From Anthoceros angustus (lineage: Eukaryota; Plantae; Anthocerotophyta), in the NCBI GenBank assembly GCA_010909165.1, contig MU008158.1:1823478-1887477 (forward strand): a stretch of DNA of 64,000 nucleotides. The letters run 5' to 3'. Within the stretch, counting starts at the first letter, position 1. Every line of letters begins with the position of its first letter. Below the pieces are notes generated by a model. It was not told where the DNA came from and ran no database searches. It saw nothing but the letters and a program-made list of their open reading frames with translations. Both the position numbers and the translations under genes were made by a program. Shown here piece by piece: positions 22,845-33,739 of this stretch.

Positions 22845-25650
22845 AGACACTCCGTTGGCTTGCAGCTGGCACAAAATTCTTTCACAAGGAGCAAAGGACT
22901 CGCGAATTTGGGAGCGCAGGACACGATACTTTACTTCTTAAAATTGCTCCCTCTTATGGGAGAGACCTCACATCAGCCCTCCCTCAGCGCGCCCTCCACC
23001 ACGTCGTCTTTCCTCTTATAACTGCGGCGCATTGGATTTTGTTATTTGTTGAATTTTTCAGTTGCTTCTCCAAGGCGACATCCAAGGACTTAGAGGCGCT
23101 GGCGACTCGGCAGACAATCCATTCCAGTTCCATAGCTCAGATCGGAGTGGCTAGGTGGCTGGGGTGGATGAGCGATACCAGGGCAGGCTTGCCTCTCATC
23201 CTCCCCACCCACCTACGGTTTGGCATCGGCGACGCCTGCCGACAGTGGTGCTCCTAGCGCTGGTATACGATGTCTGCAAACTCAGCTTCGACGCGGCAGC
23301 CTCCCTATCCATTGCCCCGTTCGGTGAACACCATCGTGCCTTGCTGAAGGCATTGGCTTGCCCCCTTCATGAAAGCTGCCAAGCCAAGGGTCGCTGGCAA
23401 AATTCAAAGCTCGTCATATGAAAAGACTTTGTTTGCAAAGTAGTCGGCCGACTGTCATTTATTGTTTCCGCCGGAGATCAGCGTCCTCACTGTGCACTTC
23501 CTGGCCAGATCTGAAGAGACATAAACATTGGTGTGCCCTTTCCTCTCTGTGTTCCATTCTGTATGTCATTGGTCAGACCAACAGACATATCTGTTCACGA
23601 GAAGGTGGCATGACAGCTAGGGTTTCATTTTTTTTTAAGAGGCATGTAAACGAAACGTTGCTAACCTAATATGAACTGGCATGATGTTTCGTCCTAAGTG
23701 TGTCTTCTTGAGACCTGAGCATACAGAGAAGACCTCGACGGGGAGGTTAGCATGAAGAGCCCCAGGGGCACTGCACCCGTTGCCCTCCAAGCTAAGCCCC
23801 CCCCATTAGGCCTTCCCTACATGCCACAGTTAGCAACATAGCTGACTTGTTTGCATAAAAACTTACCTGGATTGTCAGAGCCATAGCTCCTGTACGTCTT
23901 TGTAAGTAATTATGTCCACAGGATCACTAGACGCATTGATTATGTTGTTCCAAGCCCTTCGCCTTAGGCAAACCTGTAGTTAATACAAACCCACCTATAG
24001 CTATGGCTGCCGCAGCAACCAAGCCATCATATACGTCAGAATTGAAGCAGAAAGACCGTTTCAATGGTACAAAATACCCTGTATGGCGTATCCGCATGAA
24101 GGTTACATTGATAGCTCGACGTGTGTGGAAGATCGTGGATGGAAACACTAAGAAACCAGATCCAAACGCAAATCCAGCTCCATCAGCAGATCAGATTGCT
24201 GAATGGGATAAACTGAATGGCATTGCAATTGCTCTCTTGATAGGAGACCTGGATGCTGATCTCATATCGGAAGTGGAGTTCCTCGAGAATGCTTGAAATA
24301 CGGACACTCCGTTGCACGGTGGCACAAAATTCTTTCTACAAGGAGCAAAGGACTCGAATTTGGGAGGCCTTGGACACGATACTTTACTTCTTAAAATTGC
24401 TCCCTCTTATGGGAGAGACCTCACATCGCCCTCCTCGCGCCCCTCCACCACGTCGTCTTTCCTCTTATAATCAGGCGCATTGGATTTTGTTATTTGTTGA
24501 ATTTTTCAGTTGCTTCTCCAAGGCGACATCCAAGGACTTAGAGGCGCTGGCGACTCGGCAGACAATCCATTCAGTTCCATAGCTCGGATCGGAGTGGCTA
24601 GGTGGTCGGGTGGATGAGCGATACCAGAGGCAGGCTTGCCTCTCATCCTCCACCTACGGTTTGGCATCGGCGACGCTGCCGTGATGGTGCTCCTAAGCGC
24701 GGTATACGATGTCAAACCGACGCGGCGCCTCCTATCCATTGCCCGTTCGGTGAACACCATCGTGCCTTCTTGAAGGCATTGCCTTCATGAAAATTTGCCA
24801 AGCCAAGGGTCGGCAAAATTCAAAGCTCGTCATATGAAAAGACTTTGTTTGCAAAGTAGTCGGCCGTCATTTATTGTTTAGCGAGATCGGCGTCCTCACT
24901 GCACTTCTGGCGGATACGAAGAGACATAAACATTGGTGTGCCCTTTCCTCTCATGTTCCATTACGTATGTCATTGGTCGACCAACGAGACATATACATTC
25001 ACGAAGGTGGCATGTGACTAGGGTTTCATTTTTTAAGAGGCATGTAAGCGAAGCGTTGCTAACCTAATATGGTGGCATGATGTTTCGTCCTAAGTGTGTC
25101 TTCTTGAGACACAGCATCTGAGAGAAGACCTCGGCGGGAGGTTAGCATGAAGAGCCCAGGGCACGCACCCGTTGCCTCAGCTAAGCCCCCATTAGGCCTT
25201 CCCTACATGCCACGATTAGCAACATAGGCGACTTGTTTGCATAAAAACTTACCTGGATTGTCAGAGCCATAGCTCCTGTACGTCTTTGTAAGTAATTATG
25301 TCCACAGGATCACTAGACGCATTGATTATGTTGTTCCAAGCCCTTCGCCTTAGGCAAACATGGTTAATACAAACCCACCTATAGCTATGGCGCCGCGAAA
25401 GCCATCATATACGTCGAATTGAAGCGAAGACCGTTTCAATGGTACAAAATACCACCTGTATCGCATGAAGGTTACATTGATAGCTCGGCGTGTGTGGAAG
25501 ATCGTGGATGGAAACACTAAGAAACCGGATCCAAACGCAATCCAGCTCCAATGGATCAGTTGAGAATGGGATAAACTGAATGGCATTGCAATTGCTCTCT
25601 TGATAGGAGACCTGGATGCTGATCTCATATCGGAAGTGGAGTTCCTCGAG
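22845..25650. repeat. ~1.4-kb tandem duplication (22845-24295 / 24300-25650)
   Basis: ACACTCCGTTG..GGCACAAAATTCTTTC through ...GAGTTCCTCGAGAATGCTT occurs twice, with scattered small indels. Confidence 0.85.
24003..24296 (+). pseudogene. Ty1/Copia gag N-terminal fragment (first duplicate)
   Basis: 'DRFNGTKYPVWRIRMKVTLIARRVWKIVDG...EWDKLNGIAIALLI' is typical of Copia gag; truncated at the duplication junction. Confidence 0.75.
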
Positions 25651-25975
25651 AATGCTTCTGAAATCTGGACACAGCTGGAGAAAACATACAAGGTTACAAA
25701 TGTATTAACACTATGTGCAGTTAAACATGAGTTCTACAACCTAAGAATGAAAGAGGGAGATAAGGTGGCGGTTTTCACAAGTAAATTTCGTCACCTGAAA
25801 GCCCAGATGGCTTCGTTAACTGGAACCAAGATGGAGGAAGTGGCTGCTGTAGCTGAGCTCCTCACACGACTTCCCCCCTCATACCACTCTTTTATCACTA
25901 GCCAGAATGGTCTTCTGCGCACTGCAAACGCTGCTGTTGCTGCTGGAGGTGCTATGAACATCACCCTTGAGGAGG
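25388..25975 (+). pseudogene. Ty1/Copia gag (UBN2-like), frameshifted, no pol
   Basis: 'ASEIWTQLEKTY...EFYNLRMKEGDKVAVFTSKFRHLKAQM...LLTRLPPSYHSFIT' (25600-26007) preceded by a frameshifted FNG/W N-terminus. Confidence 0.8.
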
Positions 25976-26199
25976 TGCATGTATTTCACATGGACATATG
26001 TACATGACTGCATACATGCCCATCACAGGTCATCCTCATGCACATATATATACCCACATGCAGGCATACATGCCAGACACATACACATCCGACAACACAT
26101 GGACACATTACTCAATACAACACTCTGTGTGTCATGACAGTCGCGTCCACATAATCCTGGGTGAAGGCAAGAGGCCCAATCGGGACACCAAGAACCCGA

Positions 26200-27830
26200 A
26201 GCCCCGACGGTGAAGTAATATCCCTCTCCGGATACCGAAGAAAATGCACGAGAAATAATATCCACCCGTGGATAGGGAAGAGGGGGTGTATTGCCGGAAG
26301 GGGACCACACCCTGCTCTTATCGACCTTGACCCTTAACCACATACGAGAGAGCTCCAAGGAGAAGAGATCAAAGACAGCCCTCACCTTGTCCCCTGGCCC
26401 AAGGATATGGGTACCGTCAACCACGGATGGGAAAGGGCACTCCCGGACTGCAGAGGCTATGGAGGACAGCGCCGTGAAATGTGCCATGGCGCAGAGGGCA
26501 CCCCCCAATGGATTCCCTTTCCTTGTGCCGGTTGTCGAGTGGAGAACCGAAACGCCTTCCGTACTTGGACCATGTTGATAGTAGAGATTGGACGAAGAAC
26601 CATAGAAAGAGCGAACAAATGGAATGAGGCCCGCCGGGTGCCCACCTGCATCCCTGAGTTCCGAGAAAATGCCGGCCCTACCTCGACACAGTATTGAAGG
26701 CATTCTTGACATCCACCTATAGGGCAACCCAATGTGGGCGAGACTCGAGGACCGCCTGGATACCAAAGGCCGCAGACTCACAACCTCTCGGAGTGGCAAT
26801 CCCAAATTGGTGGGGTGAAAGGTGCTCCCGGAAGTGGTCCCGAAGTTAAATCGTAATACTGCGGCTGATGAAGCGCAGGAACAACTCTCCGACAGCAATA
26901 GAGCGCAACCTTGATGTAGGTTTCTCCAAAGCTAGTAACCTGCAAGCCCCCAAGACCTGAGAGATTTTGCGACAGGTGCCGTCAGAATGAAAAGCTCTGA
27001 AAAACCACTAGAAATAATCTTAAAGGTGGTCATAAACTGTCCCTGATAGACCATCCGAGGAGAGTCGGGGGGCAATGGAGAGGGCTCGACCAAAGACCGC
27101 GCTGTCTACACAAAAAGGCTCCTCAGGCACGAAGTCGAAGATATCATGTGGAATGCTGTCACAGGGGGCCGGATGAAGGGCACAGAGCACGGCGATGGTG
27201 TCTTTGGAGGCCAGCGTCACCAGCTCCGGGCGAAGAGCCTTAGCGGCCCGCGCGTACTCACCATTCTAACCCAACATATACACCTTCGGAGATGTGCCTT
27301 ACCAGGGTCCGGACATACCTTGTCGACCTTGGGCAACTCCAACCTAGATCTTGCCGCCAAAAGATCCTCCTCCTGTACAGCCTCCCAATCCCTGCCCCGA
27401 AAGCGGGGAGGCGGGAAGCCACCTCCTTGTGACTCGAAGGACCGCCCCTAGAGTGCCGAAGACACCACCTAGGAAAAGAGTCCAAGTCTCCTCATTCCCG
27501 GGGTCCCGCGCAAGACAGTCTAACGGCAGGCGGTACGCAAGGTGAACATTGTCGTGAAGACGCCTCGGGAGCCGCTGAAAAAGATGGGGGCCCAGGAAAT
27601 GGGTATGAAACAGCGCCAACAAGTGGTCGGACTGCCTCCGAAGCCACTCCCAAGACGCTGGCGGCGGCCCAAGGGAGGCTGCGTGTAAAAGCAAGTTACA
27701 CTTGCGCCTCCTAAGTAGTCTTGTCGAAGTCCTTGTATTTGTGCCCGATGTGACATTTCACCCCCTTGACCTCAGAGCAAAGCTGAGAGCAGACCGGGCA
27801 GTCCTTGACAGGTGCAGATTGGGTGGCCCG
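26200..27830 (-). mobile_element. Degenerate non-LTR retrotransposon (CRE/R2-like clade) with N-terminal C2H2 finger and RT
   Basis: 'CPVCSQLCSEVKGVKCHIGH' (~27740-27800), 'RALSIAPRLSSDGLSGTVYDHL', and RT motifs 'GTRKGNPLGGALCAMAH...PSVVDGTHILGP' (degenerate QGDPL and ADD). Internal deletions present. Confidence 0.7.
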
Positions 27831-28266
27831 CATCATATTGGGGAGACCTGGAAAAAGACCTGGAGAAGACCCTGGAAAAGACCCTGGAAAAACGTAGCGG
27901 CCGAGAGGGATGACATACACCATATACACCATGAGGTCAGGGCAGGTTTACCACGTTACCGCTGGTCGGACATAGCTGTTCATCGATATACATATGCTCA
28001 AGGTACATATAAGAGCATTCACATGTTGAAGGCGTAGGAACACTGACAACTCCAACTAAGTGAAGTAATTGATTGAAATTAGAGTACAATGCCACGTGTA
28101 ACGAGTATGGCCAACCACAATGATGATGACCTCAATAGCTTAGCTGCCAAAATAGTGGATACGTATGTGATTCTCCCAACTGCAAAAATAGTGGATACGT
28201 ATGTGATTCTCCCAACTGCAAAGGACAGAAACGCTTTATGTCCTTGCAGGCAAGAACAATGAGGGT

Positions 28267-28796
28267 ATGGCATATGTGGTCTCCAATGTTGACGGAAGTT
28301 GGGCACCGTGCTTATGCCCTTGGGCTGCACAAGGACACACTTGTAAGCACCAAGTTAAGGTGCTAATGCTACTCCACAAGCTCGTGCCCACACTTTCTTT
28401 GGTGCAGGAGCTTATGCACCATAAGCCTCGCGAGCAGTTCTCACAAGACATTGAAACGCTTCAGCTTCTACAACCAGCGGGATGCGAAGAGCAAGTTGAG
28501 GTAGCTAATGTCGTGCTAGGTGAAACCATTCAGGACATTGCTGAGGATATGAACTTGAATGTCGGTTGGGAGCAAGCTTTGGCTCAGTGGAGAACTTACA
28601 AAGCCTAGTTGAGCGGCATCCTCATCTCGTGGACCATGGTCAAGGACTTGTAGTAGGTTTTATGTGGACATTAGAGGGCATAGAGGCTACAGCTGTGGAG
28701 AAGGGCTTGGCCATCACCCCATATATGGTCAAAGATGTGAGAGAGGCTACAAAGAGGAAGCGAGCATTTTGGGAATCTGCAGGGAAGAAAGTGTAA
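28267..28796 (+). pseudogene. SWIM zinc-finger fragment, MULE-transposase-like
   Basis: 'CLCPWAAQGHTCKHQVKVL' = CxC-x(n)-CxH SWIM signature; no DDE core seen. Confidence 0.6.
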
Positions 28797-29050
28797 CACA
28801 AGAAAACGTCCCAAGCCCTTCAGAATGAGAAAACGTCCCAAGCCCTTCAGAATGTCGATAATGAATGGTCTAGGCCTCCTCCATCAAAGGAGAAGCCTTT
28901 TATAACGCAAGCTGGCGCTAGAGAAGCGACGTCATAGCACCTGTTCACCAAGCACTCGATCACGAACTCCCACTGTTCACCAAGCACTCATCACGAACTC
29001 CCACTGTCCTGTCCATTTTGAACACACTGTAATAGATTATGCACACACGC

Positions 29051-29184
29051 GGTGACCAGGTGCGGACGAACGGCATTGAGAGGAGCGCACAGACGGGTGA
29101 CCAGGTGCGGACGGACGGCATTGAGAGGAGCGCACAGACGGGTGACCAGGTGCGGACGGACAGCGTTGAGAGGAGCGCGGACGG
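29051..29184 (+). repeat. 45-bp tandem repeat x3
   Basis: GGTGACCAGGTGCGGACG(A/G)ACGGCATTGAGAGGAGCGCACAGACG at 29051, 29096, 29141. Confidence 0.9.
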
Positions 29185-29603
29185 GAGCCGTTGGGAGGAG
29201 GGCAGAGGGAGCCGTTGGGAGGAGCGACGACGGACTCCCATTGCCGGAGAGGGAGACGCCGGAAAGAAAGAGAGGCATGCCTCGGCTTTGCATCGGGGTG
29301 CGTGGCCACACAGGCGGTACGAATGGCAGGGCTCATTAAGTTTGCGTTAGCCTTAGGCGACGGGCGCTGGTAGCCTCACCGTGCGGACGAGTCGGCGTGC
29401 GTGGCCAGCGCTTTGGCGGCAGCCATGACGAACGCCATCCCGTCGTCGGCAGGAGGCTGCAGGTTAGCGCTCCTCAAAGTCTGAACCCTAGGCCTAAATC
29501 CTAGATTTTGTGCCCGTGGACATTTTGTCATCGTCGTCCGCCGTGTCCAACGACGAGCCCAGTGGTGGCACATACCCTTCTTTCTTGCATATATGCCCTG
29601 TTT

Positions 29604-32600
29604 TTAATCCCCGACCACAAAACGATGGACTGTCCCGGCCATATCTGTCCACCAGCTTTGGCCTGGCTGCTTCCACGCGCCAATTGATGTTCTCCTCACA
29701 TGCATCTCCTCTGCCTTCTCCCACATCTGGGCGCCAGTGTAAATGTTCGACATCAAGACATATGCTGATGCATCTTTTTCGTCGAGCTTCATTGCTTCAT
29801 GGAAAGCATAACGACCAACCTCCACGTTGCTCCACTTCTGACAAGCGCCCAACAGAGTGTGCCAAACTGCACCATCGAGCTGTACAGGCATTGCCATCAC
29901 CACCGCCAGTGCCCGGTCCAGATGGCCTGCACGACCCAGGAGATCCACCATGCACGAGTAGTGCTCCGCGGTGGGACTGATGCCGTAGTGGCTGCTCATA
30001 GCCTCGAAGTACTCTTGTCCCTTATTCACTAGACCTGCGTGACTGCATACTGTTAGCAGACTGACGAATGTGATGCTGTTTGGCTCAATGCGAGCCTCCT
30101 GCATTCTGTGAACCAGGTCAAAGACTACTTCGCTGTCCCCTTGACGGCTGTACCCTGCAATCATGGTATTCCAGGTGACTACGTCTCTCTTGGATAATGA
30201 ATTGAACATCTGTTGTGCGTCCACCATGCTGCCGGACTTTGCATACATGTTTATCAAACTGGTGGCTATTGCCGAATCACCTTCGAGACCTTGCTCTTCA
30301 ATCCGTGCGTGAAGCTGTTTTCCTGCGTGCAATGCTGCCAAACTTGCACATGCCTGCAGGAGACATACAAATGTCACAACATCGGGTGGAGCCAGACAGC
30401 CTTGCTGCATAGCATTGTAGACAGAAAGGGCTTCCTCATCCATCCCCTGCTCAGAGTATCCTGCTATCAAAGCTGTCCAGGTCACAACATCTTTTTGAGG
30501 AAGCCTGTCAAAAACGCCCTGAGCATCCTGTAGGCTGCCACACTTTGCGTACATGCTTATCAAACTGTTGCCCACAAACAAATCAGCTTGAAGCCCTTCT
30601 TCTCCAATCTGTGCATGAAGCTGCTTGCCATTTCCTAAAGCTGGGGAACCCACAGCTGCACATGCCTGCAGGAGGCAGACAAACGTCACAGAGTCAGGCG
30701 CCTGGAGGCCTTCTCCTTGCATGGCGCTGTAAAGTTCAAGGGCTTCTTGACCCATGCCCTGCTGAGAATACCCTGCTATTAGCGCAGTCCAAGTCACCAC
30801 ATCTTTTTGACCAAGCCCATGAAACACACTCCGAGCATCCTCTAGGCTGCCACACTTTGCGTACATGTTTATCAAATTGTTGCCCACAGCCAAATCACTT
30901 TGGAGTCCTTGTTCTCCAATCTGTGCATGGAGCTGCTTCCCCAACTCCAAAGCTGGGGTACCCACACACGCACATGCCTGCAGGAGGCAAACAAATGTTA
31001 CAGAATCAGATGTCGCTATGCCTGCTTCTTGCATGACGGTGTATAGTTGAAGGGCTTTTCCACCCATGCCTTGCTGGGAATATCCTGCTATCATGGCATT
31101 CCACGTCACTACGTCCTTCTGACCAAGTCTGTCAAACAGACTCTGTGCCTCCTCTAGGCTGCCGCATTTTGCGTACATGTTCACCAGGCTGCAGCCTAAG
31201 ATTAAGTCAACCTCAATTCCTCTTTCTCCAATCTGTGCATGAAGCTGCTTCCCATCCTCCAAAGCTGCGTCACCAATTCCTGCACATGCCTGCAGGAGGC
31301 ACACAAATGTCACCGAGTCGGGTTCGGCAATGCCTTCTTGCTGCATAGCACTGAAAAGATAAAGGGCTTCTTGACCCATACCCTGCTGGGAATATCCTGC
31401 TAGCATGGAATTCCATGTCGCTACATGTTTTGGACTAATTCCATCAAACATCCTCTGAGCTTCCTCAAGGCTGCCACACTTTGCATACATGCTTATCAAA
31501 CTGTTCGCTACAGGAACATTAAGCTGAAGCCCTTGTTCGTTTATCTGTGCATGAAGCTGCTTCCCATTGTCCAAAGCTTGGGTACCCAGGCTTGCACATG
31601 CCTGCAAGAGACACACAAATGTCACCGCATCGGGTGCAGCAATGCCGTCTTCCTGCATAGCCCTGTAAAGATGAAGTGCCTCCTCGCCCATTCCTTGCTG
31701 AGAATATCCTGCGATCAGGGCAGTCCAGGTCACCACATCCTTAACATCCAGTCGATCAAACACCATCCTAGCATCCTCCAGACTGCCACATTTTGCATAC
31801 ATGTTTATGAGATTATTGCCTACAGCCACATCAGCTTCAAGTCCTTGGTCCTCAATCTGTGCATGAAGCTGTTTCCCCTGCTCCAAAGCTCGGGTGCCCA
31901 CACTTGCACATGCCTGCAAGAGGCACACAAACGTCACAGAATCGGGCGCAATGGTTCCCCCTTGCTGCATGGCCCTGTAAAGATGAAGGGCTTCCTGACC
32001 CATGCCCTGCTGAGAGTATGCTGCTGTCATGGTATTCCAAGTCACAACATCTTTTTCACCAAGTCTGTGAAACACGCTCTGAGCATCCTGTATGCTGCCA
32101 CATTTTGCATACATGTTGATCAAACTGTTGGCTACAAACACATCAGCTTGAAGTCCTAGTTCTCGAATCTGAGCATGAAGCTGCTTTCCCTTCTCCAAAG
32201 CTTGAGTACCCACACTTGCACATGCCTGCAGCAGGCAAACAAGTGTCACAGAATCAGGTTCAGCAATGCCTTCTTGTTGCATGGTACTGTAAAGACGAAT
32301 GGCTTCCTGACCCATACCCTGCTGGGAATATCCTACTAGCAGCGAGGTCCACGTCACCACATTCTTTTGAGGAAGTCCGTCAAACACTCTTTGAGCGTCT
32401 TCCAAGCTACCACACTTTGCATACATGTCCACCAGGCAGCTGCTAACAAACATATCAGGCTCAAATCCACTGGCCAAAACATCATCATGCACCTGTTGCC
32501 CAGTTTCGAGGTCGGCTTCCTTTGCACAAGCCTGCAGAGCTGCTACAAACACATGGCCATCTGGCCTCACACTTGATCTTCGCATCTGGTGATACAGTTG

Positions 32601-33302
32601 TATAGCGTGCTTAGCTTGTCCATTTTGAGCATGCGAAGAAATTATGGAAGACCACATGAAGACATCTGGTTTAGCAACCACGGTGAACACATCCATCGCT
32701 TCTTGTAACCTGGCATGAGAAGCATACATTCGCAAAATGTGATTGCACAAGAACGTGTCCGACCCGTACCCCTGTACCACTGTGAGAGCATGAACACGGC
32801 GACCCAGAAACACATCCTTTTCAGCCTTGCATGCTTTTATGACAGTATAAAACAGAGATGTGGAAATATGATGGTATGTCTGCACCAGGATTCCCAGAAC
32901 CTCCACGGCCTTAGTAATCTGCCTGTGCTGACACAGCTTGCTCACGGTTTCAGGAGATACCACGGTTTCGTATCTTGCAGCTCGGCAAGGGCCAGGATGA
33001 TCCGGTGAACTCCAGTTGTTAGTATGAAGACGGCGGTGATCCATCTGCCCGTTCAGAGCAGCCAGCTGTTCTGATGAACATCTTTCTCCAGCTAGACATT
33101 CTCTTGAACGGGCTGGGTGCCTTGCAAGGCTGCTGCCTCTGGTGGCTTCGTTGTTTGCCAGCTGGTGGCTTCTTACATTCAAGCGAATGGGTCTTCCTGC
33201 AATTCCTTGCAACCCTCTAATTTGTCGGGTCCACGAAAACGGTCCCAACAGAAATTCCTGTTGCCCTGTGCGTGAATCAAATGCAGCGCTACAAACAGTC
33301 AT
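29604..33302 (-). CDS. PLS-class pentatricopeptide repeat protein with E domains and WW-type PG box; DYW domain truncated (organellar RNA-editing factor family)
   Basis: Uninterrupted 1232-aa ORF, nine P-L-S triplets (MYAKCGS.. periodicity), HYSCMVDLLGRAG, E1/E2, ending KQPGQSWWTDMAGTVHRFVVGD*. An out-of-frame 'KKEGYVPPLGSSLDTADDDDK' follows. Start codon uncertain. Confidence 0.9.
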   Translation of the reverse strand: MTVCSAAFDSRTGQQEFLLGPFSWTRQIRGLQGIAGRPIRLNVRSHQLANNEATRGSSLARHPARSRECLAGERCSSEQLAALNGQMDHRRLHTNNWSSPDHPGPCRAARYETVVSPETVSKLCQHRQITKAVEVLGILVQTYHHISTSLFYTVIKACKAEKDVFLGRRVHALTVVQGYGSDTFLCNHILRMYASHARLQEAMDVFTVVAKPDVFMWSSIISSHAQNGQAKHAIQLYHQMRRSSVRPDGHVFVAALQACAKEADLETGQQVHDDVLASGFEPDMFVSSCLVDMYAKCGSLEDAQRVFDGLPQKNVVTWTSLLVGYSQQGMGQEAIRLYSTMQQEGIAEPDSVTLVCLLQACASVGTQALEKGKQLHAQIRELGLQADVFVANSLINMYAKCGSIQDAQSVFHRLGEKDVVTWNTMTAAYSQQGMGQEALHLYRAMQQGGTIAPDSVTFVCLLQACASVGTRALEQGKQLHAQIEDQGLEADVAVGNNLINMYAKCGSLEDARMVFDRLDVKDVVTWTALIAGYSQQGMGEEALHLYRAMQEDGIAAPDAVTFVCLLQACASLGTQALDNGKQLHAQINEQGLQLNVPVANSLISMYAKCGSLEEAQRMFDGISPKHVATWNSMLAGYSQQGMGQEALYLFSAMQQEGIAEPDSVTFVCLLQACAGIGDAALEDGKQLHAQIGERGIEVDLILGCSLVNMYAKCGSLEEAQSLFDRLGQKDVVTWNAMIAGYSQQGMGGKALQLYTVMQEAGIATSDSVTFVCLLQACACVGTPALELGKQLHAQIGEQGLQSDLAVGNNLINMYAKCGSLEDARSVFHGLGQKDVVTWTALIAGYSQQGMGQEALELYSAMQGEGLQAPDSVTFVCLLQACAAVGSPALGNGKQLHAQIGEEGLQADLFVGNSLISMYAKCGSLQDAQGVFDRLPQKDVVTWTALIAGYSEQGMDEEALSVYNAMQQGCLAPPDVVTFVCLLQACASLAALHAGKQLHARIEEQGLEGDSAIATSLINMYAKSGSMVDAQQMFNSLSKRDVVTWNTMIAGYSRQGDSEVVFDLVHRMQEARIEPNSITFVSLLTVCSHAGLVNKGQEYFEAMSSHYGISPTAEHYSCMVDLLGRAGHLDRALAVVMAMPVQLDGAVWHTLLGACQKWSNVEVGRYAFHEAMKLDEKDASAYVLMSNIYTGAQMWEKAEEMHVRRTSIGAWKQPGQSWWTDMAGTVHRFVVGD

Positions 33303-33739
33303 GACTACTCCTGCTTGCCAGCTGGGCTAGTTGCTCGATGTAGATAGCATTCTTGAGCGCTAAAGCTCAAGTCGAGTCTATGCCATGAATCCAGATCCTG
33401 GCTTCCACCATTGTACCACCCAAGTCTAAAACCAAGCTGCCTTGACCCACTCAGCAAGAATACCGTCTTGTGAGAGCTGTGCTGGGAATGACATTTGTGA
33501 AGGCCATCAATTGCGTATTTGTTTCTTCGAACCCACGAACGCCAGCCACAACCCGTGTGGGACAGGCTCGCTTGGGACTTCTACAAGATGGCGAAATGTT
33601 TCAGCTGTGCATCGATCCCTGTAGACTGGACGATACTCTGCGGTGAACAGAATGTTCTCCAAACCTAGGCGATGGGATTGTAGAGCAGAGCAGAGTGGAA
33701 TTGTGGGTCCGCTCTTAGGAGTCATGGCTATCTCCAGCA

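Noticed and set aside
29051-29184. Regular repeats suggesting a CRISPR array (also the GCATGC arrays)
   Set aside because: Head-to-tail tandem units without unique spacers, no cas genes, eukaryotic context.
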